Source: Styela clava (taxonomy: Eukaryota). Taken from it: a stretch of DNA of 64,000 nt. Shown here one piece after another: positions 45,074-59,059 of the stretch. Under the pieces are notes generated by a model. It saw only the letters and a list, made by a program, of their open reading frames with translations. It did not search any database and was not told the DNA's origin. Both the position numbers and the translations under genes were made by a program. Every line of letters begins with the position of its first letter. Position 1 is the first letter of the stretch. The DNA lies in contig NC_135254.1 of assembly GCF_964204865.1 (NCBI RefSeq), positions 21,382,199 to 21,446,198 of the forward strand, given 5' to 3'.

Positions 45074-48000
45074 AACAAAAAAAACTCTCAAAACATGGAA
45101 GCATTTTCAAGAAACTTCAGTTTTCTCTGGAACTAGGGGATACGACGTATGAAGCAAAGAAACATTTGCGTGAACAGATCACTAGTAATGGAGGACAAAT
45201 TTCCTATATTTTAAATGGAAATACTGATTATCTGATTGTGTGTGAGAGAAAAACTTCCACATCGAGTAAGTCCTACAAAATTCACAAGGCAAGAGAACTA
45301 GGAATACCCATTGTGAGAGAGATCTTCATAACAGAATGTATTGAAAACGATAAAATTGTTGATTTTCTGGATTACGTTCATGGAAAACCAATTGTTGAGA
45401 GTTATTCTGCTGGGAAAATATTGGTTTCTAAGGCAAAGCCGAAGGAGCCTTCTGAAAGATTCGAAGTAGAAAAAGTCATTAAATATAAAGTTGATGCTGG
45501 AGACTGCCCTGTTTTTCCAGATAATTTCCAAGTAGCCAAATACTCTATTCTCGCAAAAATTACTGAAGAAAGAACACCAAATGATATGTATTGTGTTGAA
45601 ACACAGGTTGGGTTACACGATAACTGCAAAACAATATTTCGCGTCATGGTTTCCTATAAAAATGTCAGTGGTGTATCATTTTGTCATGTTTATCCTGTGC
45701 AAACTTCATCAGAGGTGGTTCAGTGTTATGAGTCCTTGGTAAAGCAGTTTATCGCTGATGGATTCAAGAAAGTCATTGGAATTCCTGGCGATGGGTTCTC
45801 TGGAATTGCTTCTGCTCCACTGAGTTTGCTTTTAAATGAAATGAAAATTTCATCTGGAATTATTCATCCCGAGGTCGCTCGATTGGTAGAATCTGCGTGG
45901 TTAGAATCTCTTTGTGAAATAATGACAAATTTTGGTGTTGAACCTTTTACTATACATCATGAACAAATTAGGAATGCAATGATTGTTCTGATGCAGATAG
46001 AAAATTCAATCAAAAGAAAAAGTTTTAAATTGGAATTATCAAATAAGTTTTACCAGTTTATTCCCCAAAGAGATGGTAGGAAGGAACTGATAGACAACAT
46101 GCAAAAGATCGCAAAAATGAGGGAATTATGCCAGCTTTTGAAAGACATAACCTTGTCCAATGAAACTTCTTGGATTTCTAAAGACTTCAATGATCGCCTG
46201 TCACAATATACCGCATTGAAGTGTGCTATAATGTGGATTGACTCGAAAGAAAAAGAATATAAACTCATCAAAGACTTACTTCCTGATAATATCGATGGAA
46301 AAGGATACAAAGTACAAAATATATTCAGAGTCAGTCGCTCTGTTGAAAACTCGCAGTTTAAATCAGATATTGGCAATACTAAACTTCTATTTCATGCATC
46401 CCATCCTCACAATTTTGTTGGTATTTTATCGAGAGGTTTAATGTTGCCACTCACACTGTCTAGTGAGTATGGAGTCTCAAGAAGTGATGAAGGAAACCTT
46501 GGCGCTGGAATTTATTTCTCAGATTCATTTGAAATGTCTTTGAAGTTTACAGCTCGAAGCCAAAGTCGTGGTTCCAGAATAATGCTTGTTAATGAAGTAG
46601 CACTGGGAAAAGTATTTTATACAAAGAATCCCATGACTGATTTGATAGTCGCGCCAGAAGGCCATCATAGTGTAAAAGGTACAGGTCTAACAAAATTTGA
46701 TGATGTTGACGACATTGCATCTCATGCTTCAGAATACGCGATATATGATGCAAGGCAACAGAAGTTACGCTACCTTATTGAATTTACAACGACTGATGAC
46801 ATCATGACTATTTATGACAGAGTTCCAGTCCATTTACCTTTTAAACAAAAAGAGGATAAGCAGGTGAATGAAACAGTGGGTGATAATGAGAATTTTGAAC
46901 CAAAAGTTGAGGAAGTTAGATATGGCCTGATCATGGAATCAAAAGATATTTCTGCAATATTAGAGGAAGTTCATATCAGAGCAAAAGTTATTGATTTGGT
47001 GTCAGAAGTCACTATTTTTCAGTCTTACATCAATATGACCAATAAAACTGTTGAAGCAAAATATGTTTTTCCTCTCACTGAAAACGCCGCTGTATGTGGA
47101 TTTGAGGCTTTTATAAATGACAAACATGTAATAGGAGAAGTCAAAGAGAAAGAACAAGCTCAAAAGGAATATAAAAAAGCAGTAAGCGAAGGTCATGGAG
47201 CTTATTTGATGGATGAAGAGAAACCTAATGTATTTTCTGTTAGTGTTGGTAACATTCCTCCTGCAGCTCGCGTAATCATTAAAATTAGTTATGTTGCTGA
47301 GCTCGAAACTACTAACGAACCCGACAGTAATGTTTTGTTTACATTACCAGGAAGCATTGCTCAATGGGAGGAAAAATCTGTGTTGCTTTCAAGTTCTGCT
47401 ACTCAAGAAGTTACGGAATCAACTTCTGTTTCAAATGAGAAAAAATCTTCAGTTATAATATCAATTGATATGCCGTTTGATATTCTGGATATTACTTCAC
47501 CTACTCATAAAATTGTGACGAAAAAGACATCTACGAAGGCTTGTGTAAAACTGCAAAAGTCAATTCACCTGGATGGAAATAATTTTCATTTGCTGATCAA
47601 AGTAGCTGAAATTCATGTTCCTCGTATTTGGATTGAAAAAGAAAATGAAGAAAGCAAAGATCAAGTTGCAATGGTGACTTTTTTTCCTGAATTTGAATTT
47701 GATGCAGTAGAGAATTTCAATTGCACTGTAATGCTGGATATGTCGAATTCCATGGAAGGATCTGCGGCATCCCATTCCAAGCATTTGTGTTCATTGCTGA
47801 TCGACAATTTGCCAGATCAATGTGATTTTAATGTCATCTCATTTGGGTCATATTTCGAAGAGACGTTCATTAGATATGAAAATGCTTCGACTACTTCTAA
47901 AAAACAAGCAAAAGATTTTATTACATGTTGTACACCATCTTTTGGAGGATCCGATCTTTTTTACATTCTCAATTCAGTATTCCTACTTCAAAATAATTCA

Positions 48001-50802
48001 TACAATAATGAGTTACATAATATATTCCTCTTTTCTGATGGTCATTTGTCTGAAGAGGAAAGACTGCTTGGGCTTTGTAAGGAAATTTCAAAAACCAGTC
48101 ATTGTCAAACAAGAATTTTTACATTTGCTGTTGGAAATTCACCAGATAATCACACTCTACAGAGTTTATCTATATTAACTGGAGGTTCACATGAACAATT
48201 CTTATCTTCATCAAAGAGGACATGGAAAAGACAATTAAACAATCAACTATTCAATGCTAAACAACCTGCATTAACTGATGTACATATTGATTGGTGCAAC
48301 TATGATAAGGAATTCGATGGTTTTCAAGATCCAACTGTTTTGCAGGTTCCAGAAAAAGTAAAATGTTTGTTCAGTGGATCTCAACTTGTCGCATACAGTT
48401 ATGTTCCAAACTGTCTAAAAGCAACTCTGAGTGCTAATATTAATGGAAAAGAGTTTTCTACAATGGTAAATGCAAACGAATTATGCAAAATCACTGGAAT
48501 GACATTGCACAGACTTGCAGCAAAAGCTGTGTTCAAGGAACATGACTGTGGTAGACTTGCTGATGATGCTTTGTGTGATCAGATGTTGAAAGAGGAAAGA
48601 AAGTCAATTATTATTTCATTGAGTGTTAAATACTCGGTTGTTTCAAAATATACAAGCTTTGTTGCTATTGAGAAAAGAAAACCTGGAGAAGATTTAAGCA
48701 TAACATGTGGACCATCTCTGTCTGATCTTGTTGATGAATCTTTTATTGATATCATTTCTGAAGTAACATGGGGGGCTGAAGAGAAGTCTGTGGAAGAAAA
48801 TGTAGATGAACTACTGAAGAAGTCCTTGCAAATGCAATCAAGTTCTATACTGCAATCTCGGAATTTAGTTCTGGAAGCAAAAGCATTGCATAGCACATTG
48901 GAAGAAAAAGATCCCCTGAGGAAATTACGAATTTTTGCAACTTTATGTAAATTGAATGTGTTCGAGGATAATTTCAATGGATGGACTGAAATGAAGAATT
49001 TGTTGTTGACAAGAGGCAAAGTGTTGAATTTTGATGTGATAAATGCTATCACAAATGCTGAGGATTTGACTTTCCTACAAGATTTGTTTGTTGTATTCAA
49101 GAGTTGTTTTCCTGAACACTGGACAATCCAACTTAGTTCTGTTCCAAAAAAGTTTCAAGCACTTTCTGTTGGCGCTTTTTCCGAAATTGTTGGTTTTTGT
49201 GAAGATTTTCCAGACTGTTTTGAAAAGGTCTCCATATTCTGGGAAAAGTTTCGCAAGATCTCATGCCATGATGAAAAGGCAGATAAATATCTTTATTTTA
49301 AAACAAAAGAATTGATCAGAACATTCAAATCTTCCATTCTCCCGCTGCAACTATCAGATATATCTGAATATATTGAAAAAGAGAAGACTGTCGTTGGGAG
49401 ACTGTGTGCAAAATCAAGGCGTAGTTCTTTCCTGCACAGGCCTCATAAAACTTCTTTGATGTCTGAATCAAGTGCTAAAAAATCATCTGCACCAAAAGTA
49501 CATTCTGATCAAACAGATCATTTCGGGGGTATTCCCACTGGAGTTGAAGGCACTGTTAGCGATGATATAAATAGGAATGTTGGTAAAGCTGTTATTTTTT
49601 CTCCACAGTCTCCATTGAAAACAGTTTCCGTTCGACGATCGAGATCTATGAAGAAGAGAGTTATTAGTAAATACACTCCAATGCGTAATGATTCAGAACT
49701 TAGTCCTACATCACCAGTTATCAGTGAGAAAGCACAATCTTCAGCTTTCCACAATATTTCTTTAAAGTCAGCTCAGTTTAAAGTTCAGCGAAGACCAATT
49801 GCATCTATAGATGACTGCTTGTGTCTGCCAGATGTGACTCAGACATCTTTTCAAGACCTCCATCATGACCTAAAATTGTTATCCAATTATGATGATCTTT
49901 TGTCTGCTGCTTCAAAGTCTGACGATGCACAGCAACAACTTAATTATGAAGACTTCTTTTCAGATCCATGTACTCAAGAAATTGAAAGTATCAGTGTGAG
50001 TGAATTTTATGGATTTCCAAGTCAGTTAGAGGTAAAAACGGACTCCATTGGAGTGTTGGAAAAAGAAGAATTAAAATCATCGTATAGTGAAACGATGCAA
50101 TCCTCAAAATCTAGTTCTAATGGTAGCTGGTTATCTAGGTGCGATGATGAACATAAACAAGTTAATAATGTTTCACATGGAGTTCGTTATGTACCGGATT
50201 ATTTATCTGAAGAGATGGAACCAGACGAAAATGAAGAATATTTTGAAGATTTTCTTTCTCCAATAAGCACAAGTTCGTTTTGTGATACATTTTATACTGA
50301 TCTTGAGCATGATAAATATGCCGATGCATCCAACATTCTCGGAACAATAATGAAACGATTTAATCTCTCTGAGAGTAAATTAGTGGATGGTCTTGAACAT
50401 TGTGCAACACTTGGTGGATTTTGGAGGTTTCCAGATGAAGAAACAATTTCTTCTAATGAGCTATCTCCAGCTGAATATCAAATGCTTTCATTATTTCGCA
50501 ATGTTGTAATCTCGGCAGGTGCTCAATCTCTTGGCAGTCAAGTTTTATCATTAGTCACAGACATGTTGTTAACTGCAATTGTTTTGGAAATTCTTAAGCT
50601 TGTCGACGATGGAAATAACATGATTGTGAAGAATATGCTTGAGCGTGGCAAAAAATGGTTAAAATATGTCGATACATTAAACCCATCTCTGTATAAACGA
50701 CTTGAATTAGGTTCGTCTTGGGAAATGGCAGCAAAGTTGGTGATCAATCAATTATCTGAGAAGCTGCTGGAAGTAACAGATATAGCAATGCAGTCCAAAT
50801 AG
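45074..50802 (+). CDS. PARP4-like (vault-PARP-like) gene B giant terminal exon: BRCT, PARP HD, PARP catalytic, VIT, vWA, long Ser-rich divergent region, conserved C-terminal module; stop at 50800-50802
   Basis: A 5.7-kb open frame follows the acceptor TTGTTGTTTTCAG at 45061-45073. It has the same ordered domain motifs as gene A (LLFHASHPHNFVGILSRGL, GAGIYFSDSF, LVNEVALGK, ASEYAIYD, VIT block, DMSNSM). It lacks the Pro-rich repeat array and the 3' intron of gene A. Confidence 0.85.
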
Positions 50803-51368
50803 TGAACGGAAAATTATTTTTGTGTAGATTGCAGGGTTACTTTTTATTATTTCGAAGTTCCCATTTTGTGCAAATTGGCTATGGACTCTTGTGATATGAA
50901 TGGAGTACGGGATATTATTTTCGTTGCCCATATATTTTATTATTGGATAAATTGTAGAATTTTTAATGAAAGTACCAGCAATTTCTTTTAATTTTGTCTT
51001 TCTTATATAGCATGATGTAATGTATCAGTATTTTAATTTAAATGCCATGTTTGATGCCTTAATTAACACTGTTGTGCATATAACTGTCTTCGTACTTTTT
51101 TCTAGATGAGGAGGGCTTTGTGTAAAGCTTGATCTTTCTGTCTGAGCCTTTTTGTTATATTATCTGCAAACGAGAACCTCAAGCTGCCACTGCCTCTCTG
51201 ACCTATAACACTATTCGGTGCATCAAGGCCCGGATTACTAAACTATGATGCTAACATTAGGCCTGATTACAATCAATTACATGTCCATCAAAATCAGCCC
51301 AGCGAACCGGTTCGGTTAGGAGAAGTCAGTAGTCTCGGAGACCACTTAGCGCCCTCGATTACTGTACC

Positions 51369-53074
51369 CAGTGGCGCAGCCAGGGGGGGGGGGGAACCCC
51401 CCCTTTTGAATTATTTTGAAAACAGAAAAAGTCGCCGATTACGCTTGCAATTGCTTTCTGCTGAAATCTCCGTATGTTTTCATCAAGGCGGTGTGTTATT
51501 TAGGCCGTAAACGCCTTCTCGTTGGTATTTATTCTCTCTAAATCACAAATTTGTGCCACGGGAACAATTATAATTATTTTATTTTTGTACTCGCACGGAA
51601 TTGTGAAAACTGAAAAAGGGTGCAATTGCCTTCTGCTAAAATCGCCGATTGTTTTCATCAGTGTTGTATTTAGGCCGTAAACGCCTCTACGTAGGTATTT
51701 ATTCTCTCTAGATCACAAATTTGTGCCACGATAAACACGATGATTATTTTATTTTTGTACTTTGCAAGGAATTGTGAATTCGGTGAGAGTTATTATACGT
51801 TCATCGGCGGCGAGGTTCTGAAGACAAATGAAGGAGTAAACCCGCGATCTAAATTTGACTGAAAATCGACAATATAAAATACTGAAAACAAAACCGTAAA
51901 CAATAGGCTATGAGATTTGTTGAGTCCCGCGACAGTCTAAAAACGCCTTTCTACTCTAAAAACGCTTTTGAAAATCGCAAAATTTCGTGTGCCCACGGCA
52001 CACATTATGTTTTCTCTCTGTTTAGGAACATACCGTCATTAAAATCGAAACACGGTTAATTGTGGGTGGGAAACATTACTTTAAAATTGTCGTCGAAAAT
52101 TTTAGTATTATCATTAAATTAAACAAGGTTGAAAACGCGATTTTTTCCGTTAGTGATGATACATAAGATAATTAATCTGAAGTATATCCATCAATTTTTA
52201 TTCTGAATTTTACTCCATGAGAATTTACAGCAGATTTACGGATTTTTCGAAAGCTTTTATCTTTAAAAATAATCGGAGTGGCAGCATTGCGATTGAACGG
52301 AGTCAATGTTACAAGCACATCTCAAATTTGTCGAATTCGCAAAATAGAAAAAATACGGATCAAAACAATATATAATAGGGCAGTTTACCACACATTTTTA
52401 TGCGGAATTCCGTGGTGTTTTAGAGTGGCTCTTGTTTTGTCGGCGCAACCGCAGGTTAAATTGAAAACAATTAAATTAATAAAGCAGGACATTTTAAATA
52501 TGCCCTTATCGGTCATGGATTGGTTACCTTGCGCAAGAGAAAAATCATTTTTCGTTAGAAAAGTCGGCTCTTTTAACAAGTGACGTAATCGCGGCGACTG
52601 TTCGGCGTGGATTTCGAGGCGGTGAATTTGTATTTTTGATTTACTGGTATACTTTATATCTATTTTCATTGTATGAAGTAAAATTGTACTGAACGTGATT
52701 TTATATCAAATATCGAGATTTTACTAACGGCGATAACGAGGTCACAAGATTGCAAAGATACGTATCAAAATTAAATATCTCAGGCAGCTTATCTCATTGT
52801 TTTATGTCCACGGCAGTAATGTTATTATTTTGACGTAGAAAGTCGAGACCGCGAGTTGCGTTGGGGACAATAAAATTAATATATACGTAAAAGACATTTT
52901 AGAATCTCGTAGTTGTCATGAATTGAATATTTTACGCGTCAGAAGCTGAAAAGGCGGCTCTATCAACGAGCGCGTGATCGCGGTGACTGTTACGTTACAG
53001 ACGGCATTAGTAATTTCCCATTTTGAAACACCCCCCCCCCCCCTCCCCCTTTAAAAATCCTGGCTGCGCGCCTG
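51369..53074. mobile_element. non-autonomous hAT element (1.7 kb) with perfect 8-bp TSD ACTGTACC, poly-G/poly-C subtermini and internal tandem duplications
   Basis: Termini are CAGTGGCGCAGCCAGG(G)n and (C)n...CCTGGCTGCGCGCCTG. Identical ACTGTACC flanks sit at 51361-51368 and 53075-53082. An internal direct repeat of about 190 bp lies at 51440..51620 and 51620..51800. Short direct repeats lie at 52555..52605 and 52945..52995. There is no long ORF. Confidence 0.8.
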
Positions 53075-53454
53075 ACTGTACCGGTACATGTCTAAACCAA
53101 CAAGATGAAAAACGTTTTAGGGTTTTAAGACTAAAGCAAATACGTCATGATTTGCAAACACTGCGTATATATATTTTATCTTCAATAAATTCAATACACG
53201 TTCTTGATTGAAGTTCTGTGAAGTTATTTGCAGAATATGACGAGGGGTTGCTTTCCCGTGGAAATTTGTCCATAATCTAAGAACAAAACGTCAAATTAAT
53301 AAAAGGTAGACGAGTTAGATCATTTTGGCCGACCATTCAGCGTTCAACGTTGCGGAGTAGTGGCACCTTACGCCACACGACCCATTCAAAAAATTACGGT
53401 AGGCCTAGAGTTACCAGTAGTCTACTGGAAACCAAATTAAAACAGTTAGAATAG

Positions 53455-53770
53455 GATTTACCTATTTATCCCGGGGGAGAGGAAAGAAGGCTTATCCATA
53501 TGGCAAACCACAGCCTTTCGTCCGGTTACCATTCCAAGTCGGGTATGGGATTAGTTATATTGTTTTGTTTTCGGAAGCATGGACTTGGTGGTGGAGGAAG
53601 CCGTAACCGACGAGCGGTTACGTGAACCACCCAACGACGGCGAGGAGTCCAGCAATCCTCTCGCACATAACCATCCCTGCATGGGATTCGAACCTGCGAA
53701 CCCACGCAGAGTAATTAGAGGTGCGGTGGCGAGCGTATTACTAACGTTTAGCCACACCGCCGCGCCGTTA
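53455..53770 (-). mobile_element. tRNA-derived SINE copy (inverted)
   Basis: Its reverse complement matches the other copies from GCGGCGGTGTGGCT through GGTTCGAATCCCATGCAGGGATGG to the tail CCCGGGATAAATAGGTAAATCCTATTC. Confidence 0.75.
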
Positions 53771-55464
53771 CATTTTATCAACCAAACACTTTGTGTGAAG
53801 TGAGCTCATCATATGTAAACAGAAGCCGACACTGAAGCTTCGAATTTGTGTCGGTACCGGTATGCCTATGTATAGTAAGGGTACGGTACCGGTGCCAGCT
53901 AGGATGAGGTATGGCTGTATGGTGAAATCCCCAAAAAATTTTGAATGCAAACTGAAGTTTATCAACAGAAGTCGTACTGCGCTCAGTTTATATCAATGAA
54001 TCTTTGGACATTAAGAATTGATTCTTAGTCCTCTTATTGACTCTTGAATGGACATCTTGTAATAACTGTTGCGCTGATGTTTCAATCAAGCATTTAGCCC
54101 AGTGATTCCCAAAGTGGGCGATATCACTTCGCTTCACTCAATGACATTAAACAACATGATGCGCAACTCCGGCATTTTTGTCCGAAGATCGTATTCGATA
54201 GCACGCTCCAATGCACATACTTGACGAGACGAAAACGAGCGGATGTGTGCTGTATTCAAGGCGTAGCACGAATGGTGTTCGTGCCTGCTTCGACAGTTGT
54301 TGTCGATTTTAATGATATTTTAGAAAGTTAAGGTAAAAAGAAATCGGAAAAAGGTAAGGTAAATACTATTGTGGTATATCACACCCGGGCATCGCACTGT
54401 TAAGTACATGTGGGAAAGCCAGCCTTTGTCAAATACTACGAAGTTATTAATTCAGTACGGTACGTAGTTGCCCATTTTCCAAATTACATATTTACTTACC
54501 CCTTATGCCTGGTTTCAAAAAGTTCATGCACCTCCAGTTAGATTTTTTTAATCAGTGAGGATATTTACTCATTGTTGATTGCTGCTCATTGTAACATACT
54601 ATTGCGCATTCACTTATATTTGCGTATTGAATCAAAGTGTTAACAAGTTCACCTAACATTTCACTCATACCGGTCTATCTTGTATAGTCTGATCTCTCAA
54701 GAATTTGGAGCCGCGAATGCTTGTAATTTTCTGACTAAACCCTTTTAATAGTTGGTTTATATACCAAATTCAGTAAAATATGAGATATTGGATTTATTAG
54801 CTTTTCCATTCTAAATCATATAGACTGTTTTATTTATTCTTAACGAAAATTAATAAATCTACTCTCTTTCTTCAGATGTGAAAGTTGTGGACAAACCTGT
54901 CTAAGCATTGTGAGACTCCTGCAGCACAAGAGGCAATAGCAGAAATAGTAAGTATATCAATCAAGAAATTAATCCGACATAAAGCAAAACTTTCAACTAT
55001 TCGTCTAATCTTAATTTCCTATTATTTATTCACAGGACAACTATAGCAGAAGGGGAGATATCAGAAGTCTGGCGACATATCAGTGACAGTGTGATTCCAA
55101 GAAATATAATTAGAGTACTCCATAAATGTTTGCAATAGAAAAACAACCTATGGAGGCATGCAAAGACATTTGACCCTCCGGTAGAGTTGTGTATGGCCCC
55201 CACATCCTGCAGGGCTTGAGGAAAAGAACTAAAAATTCTAAAGCGTAAGATTGCATAAGCGGTCTTATTTGTAAAAAGGCACAAAACACGCCAGACATAC
55301 TTAAAACAGCTTTGGAAAATGAGGATTACGGGTAACGCACTGCACCTGTGTTATATTTGGTTCATCAACTTTTGGTAGTACTATAGAAGAAATTACGGAA
55401 GGGGTATAATCATCATTCATGATAAAATACTATCATATATTTTTTGGACAACTTCAATCTAGAC

Positions 55465-56661
55465 CAGGGATCTCAAACTCGCGGCCCCAGAAAACTTACA
55501 GTGCGGCCCTCGAACGCTTAACAATAATTGTAATAGTATTTTGGAAGTTTTTTTTTTTTATCTAAATGTAATAGATTTTTCAAACCTTTTAAAGTGAGAT
55601 TGATTATCCACACAGAAAACAGTTTACTGAACGTAGTTTTGGAATATTAATTTTTTTTTGTCCTCATTTTGACCCAATTAAGAATACACATCAAGCTAGC
55701 AAAAGAATACTTGAATAAAACACTTGAGTGATTAAATTAAACGCAAAGTACATGAAGAAGTTGGCATTTTCGAAGAAAATGGGAGTAGCAATATTTCTGC
55801 TTTCCACAAAATTTTGAAGAACATTGTTTAATTTGTCATATTTCCATCAATACAATGAAAAAACACAATAGGCTCAGAGGTCAATATGACAAATTCGAAG
55901 ACCAACTTCGAACAGAAAATTTCCATGTGTTTGTATATTAATATAATTATACAACGACTTGGTTACTAAAAATCAATATCAATAATAATTCAAGCAATCC
56001 TATGCCACGCAATGTGGTGCGAAATGTCTTGTCGAAAAAATCTGTCATTTGTTTTTTTACTGATCTATACATGAAATGCTAAAAGTAACTTTTTTGCATT
56101 ACTGGAATTAATTAAACATTCGCAAAGATCCAGATTAACTCATGATCATGTGGCCTCGTTAGTTAGAGTTGGTACTATAAAATAATTTCAGCCTGGCCTT
56201 AGTATGCTGGTGACACAAAAAAAAAAGATGCCAAACGTCAGGACAAATGAAATTATTAAAACGTTGAGTTTATACTGTAGTATTTTTGTTAATTTTAAGT
56301 TCATATATTTAGATTAAGTTATTTTTAGTGTATGTATTATTCTTTCCTTATCCAAAGCTTGTTCAAAAATGATTTTGATGGTTGTACATAGAATTTTATG
56401 ATTTTTTATATATAATAAATACAGTAACTTGCAAATGTTGCAATAATAGTGGAATGCAAATATTAATATGTAATTGCATTTGAAATTGAAGAAAATAATA
56501 AAACTTAATCCAACCGTTTAGTTGCATCACAATATATGTCACAAACTAAAACTATCTTAAAAATATCTTTCAAGTATACATTATCAAAAACTGTTTGCGG
56601 CGCTTTTTACAATTTCCAAAATGCAATGCGGCTCTCGAAAACCCATGAGTTTGACACCACT
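55465..56661. mobile_element. non-autonomous hAT element (about 1.2 kb) with decayed 8-bp TSD (ATCTAGAC / ATCTATTC)
   Basis: Termini are CAGGGATCTCAAACTCGCGGCCCC and ...GGGTTTTCGAGAGCCGCATTG..GAGTTTGACACCACTG. The interior is AT-rich and non-coding. Confidence 0.6.
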
Positions 56662-57974
56662 GATCTATTCTAGACGATTCAAGCATTGCTTTGGGAAATA
56701 ATATCACTTCAATTAAATTGAAATAATCTCGCTATATTAAATACAAAATCGTTGCTATCATAAAGGTAAACCAATTCAGCCACTCGAAATATATTGGCCT
56801 TCACAAAGCAATGGAGGCAAAATTGAGAGTTCATGAGCTATGAACATTTGTTCTTTTCTTTGTCTTGAACTTTTCATACTCCACAGCCCCTATTAATTTT
56901 TTATAATTTTAATTACCATGTAATGGTCATACATATCTTTAACTTGTATTTTCTGTCATGATGTATTATCTCAATGTGCCAAACTATTAATTAGTGTGCA
57001 TATTTTGCTTCCAGATGACATAAATGTATTGTCTTGTTTATTACCTCAGCTTGGAGTATTGACAAGAAAAGGTGCCAGTAAATTAGGTAAAAAATTTTTT
57101 AACTCTTTGTTATAATCAGAATTCACAATCAATAGGAATTATAAACAGCCAACAATCAATGAGAATTATATGCGAAATCCCTCAAAATAAATTTGTCTAA
57201 AATCGGAGGAAGGCAAAAAATATAGGTAGTTTCCACTTTCCATCCACACAAGCATTTCAAGAAGACTTGCTCGAGCCAAACTAAATGAGCATCGTCAGGT
57301 GATCGGTAAGGCTGCAAGTTGAATTCAGCCGCCCTGCAACCTCCTGCATAGAAGATAATATTAATTAGTGGGCTATGAGCTAAATTCCTAAATTTAAACA
57401 AACCTATCTACGATGCATTATGTACCAGCAATGTTACCTACGATTAACTGAATATGTAATATGTCTAATAAATTCACCTACAAAAGCAAGTTCGATAGGT
57501 GCAAACTTTGTGTTATGGAATTGTATCACAGCACAGTTTTGTATGACACCCTCTTTAAATGAAATTTCAATGATTAAGCGCAAACATTAAAATTACTAAC
57601 TTTGAACTTTGTCATTATCTGCAAAATGTTCCACACAAATCTTTCCGCTATCGCGTTTGTAATCTTCTCTGATAAAAAAAACGTCTATGATGTCCAGAAT
57701 TGCTCTTTACAGCTTGCCCGCCATTCCAGCTTTCCAAGTGAGCAAAACTTCTTAGATATAGAGATTATTTTGTTTCGTTACAGGCGCAAAAATGCAGGTA
57801 CTACACGTAAAAAAGACGCCGAGTAGCAAAAGCGAGCGGAAAACGGACGCGAAAGGCGACGAGAAATATGTGCATTGGAGCGTATCATGAAATACAATCT
57901 CTCGCCTGTAGTCTTATGGAGTGACGTCAGAGTTGCCTATCATGTTGTTCAATGTCATTGCTTCACTGAATGGA

Positions 57975-58200
57975 CTTTTCCCCGACCTTTGACCCCGGAA
58001 AAATATTCCCATACTTTACCATTCTAAAATTTTCGGTGCTTATTTTAAGAGTTTCTCGAGTTGTTGCCTATGAAATGAAGTATTTGTTTCAAACTATCAT
58101 TCTATTTATACCATTCAACGATCTGTTTTTTGAAAGTACCGTAAAGAATTTTAGCCCAGTCTATCACAGCTATTTCTACACTAACTTTTGGTCACTGTAA
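57975..58200 (+). repeat. unclassified interspersed repeat (family R2 copy)
   Basis: Matches 10980..11185. It is contiguous with an R1 copy, as at 13880..14560. Confidence 0.5.
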
Positions 58201-58480
58201 TTAAACTGAAACTCCTAGGAGGACAAGGTGATCATTGACTTATTTTATTTAAATTTCCGAAAAACAACTAAAAACTAACGAATATAATTCTAAATCGCGA
58301 AAATGAGGTAAAATTCAGTGTTCACGACCACGCCTGAAAGTCTGTCTTAGTGAGGAATGTGTCTGAATGGATACGAAAGGGGACATTGTTACGTTTATTT
58401 TTGATTCTTGCTGATTGGCCAATGTCACGAAGTAAACATGGACGTCTATGCCAGGGGAAACATCCAACCGGCGTTACTCC
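58195..58480 (+). repeat. repeat family R1 copy
   Basis: Matches 14270..14480 (..AAAACTAACGAATA...CACGACCACGC.TGAAA.TCTGTCT..GTGAG....TGTCTGA..GGAT.CGAAA.GGGAC.ATTGTTACGT..). Confidence 0.55.
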
Positions 58481-58587
58481 TGAAGTATGCGCCCTAAGAT
58501 GTCGCATAACCTGGTCCTGAACCCTAACCTGGTACACAACCTGAGTTCAGATTGTGTACCATCTTGGTGCGCATACTTCTGGAGGTC
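58476..58587. repeat. foldback MITE
   Basis: Hairpin of CTCCTGAAGTATGCGCC.TAAGATGTCGCATAACC...CCCTAACC...TGTACCATCTTGGTGCGCATACTTCTGGAGG. Confidence 0.6.
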
Positions 58588-58989
58588 CACAGAATTTATC
58601 GTGAGACACGTTTAGACTAAATTTTGACCTTTTGCCTTTATTCTTTAGAATTACTTGTTTGTCTTTAACAAAACCAAAAGAAGTGCTGTAAATTTGTTGA
58701 TGAAATTAACAGTCAAGAGCTAAATCGACGGTTAACGAAAATGCCACTACCCTAACTTAGTTAGTTCACTTTAGGCCGACGGTGACGCAATTTTAAACGG
58801 TCAGTTGGGCAACAACTTCATGATTCTCAGATCGCCATGGCGACCAATTTAGATGTATTTTTGATTCCTTTCCCACGCAACACTCGGAAGATGCTCGCGG
58901 AACATTAGTGTTCAGCGGAACACAGTTTGGGAAGCGCTGTTGTATTGAAAGCCTTAATCATGCTAACTGAGCTAATTGACTTGCGGGCC

Positions 58990-59059
58990 GCACTAACATT
59001 AAACTTTAATACCAAAGCGGGGGCCACAAACTATCATCCTGCGAGCCGCGAGTTTGAGA
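58990..59059. mobile_element. hAT terminal fragment of the same family as 55465..56661
   Basis: GCGGGGGCCACAAACT...GCGAGCCGCGAGTTTGAGACCCCTG is a 3' terminus only. Confidence 0.4.

Noticed and set aside
48579-49100. 173-aa minus-strand ORF inside gene B
   Set aside because: It is antisense to a long, domain-bearing coding frame, has no motif content, and has lysine/serine-biased low-complexity composition.
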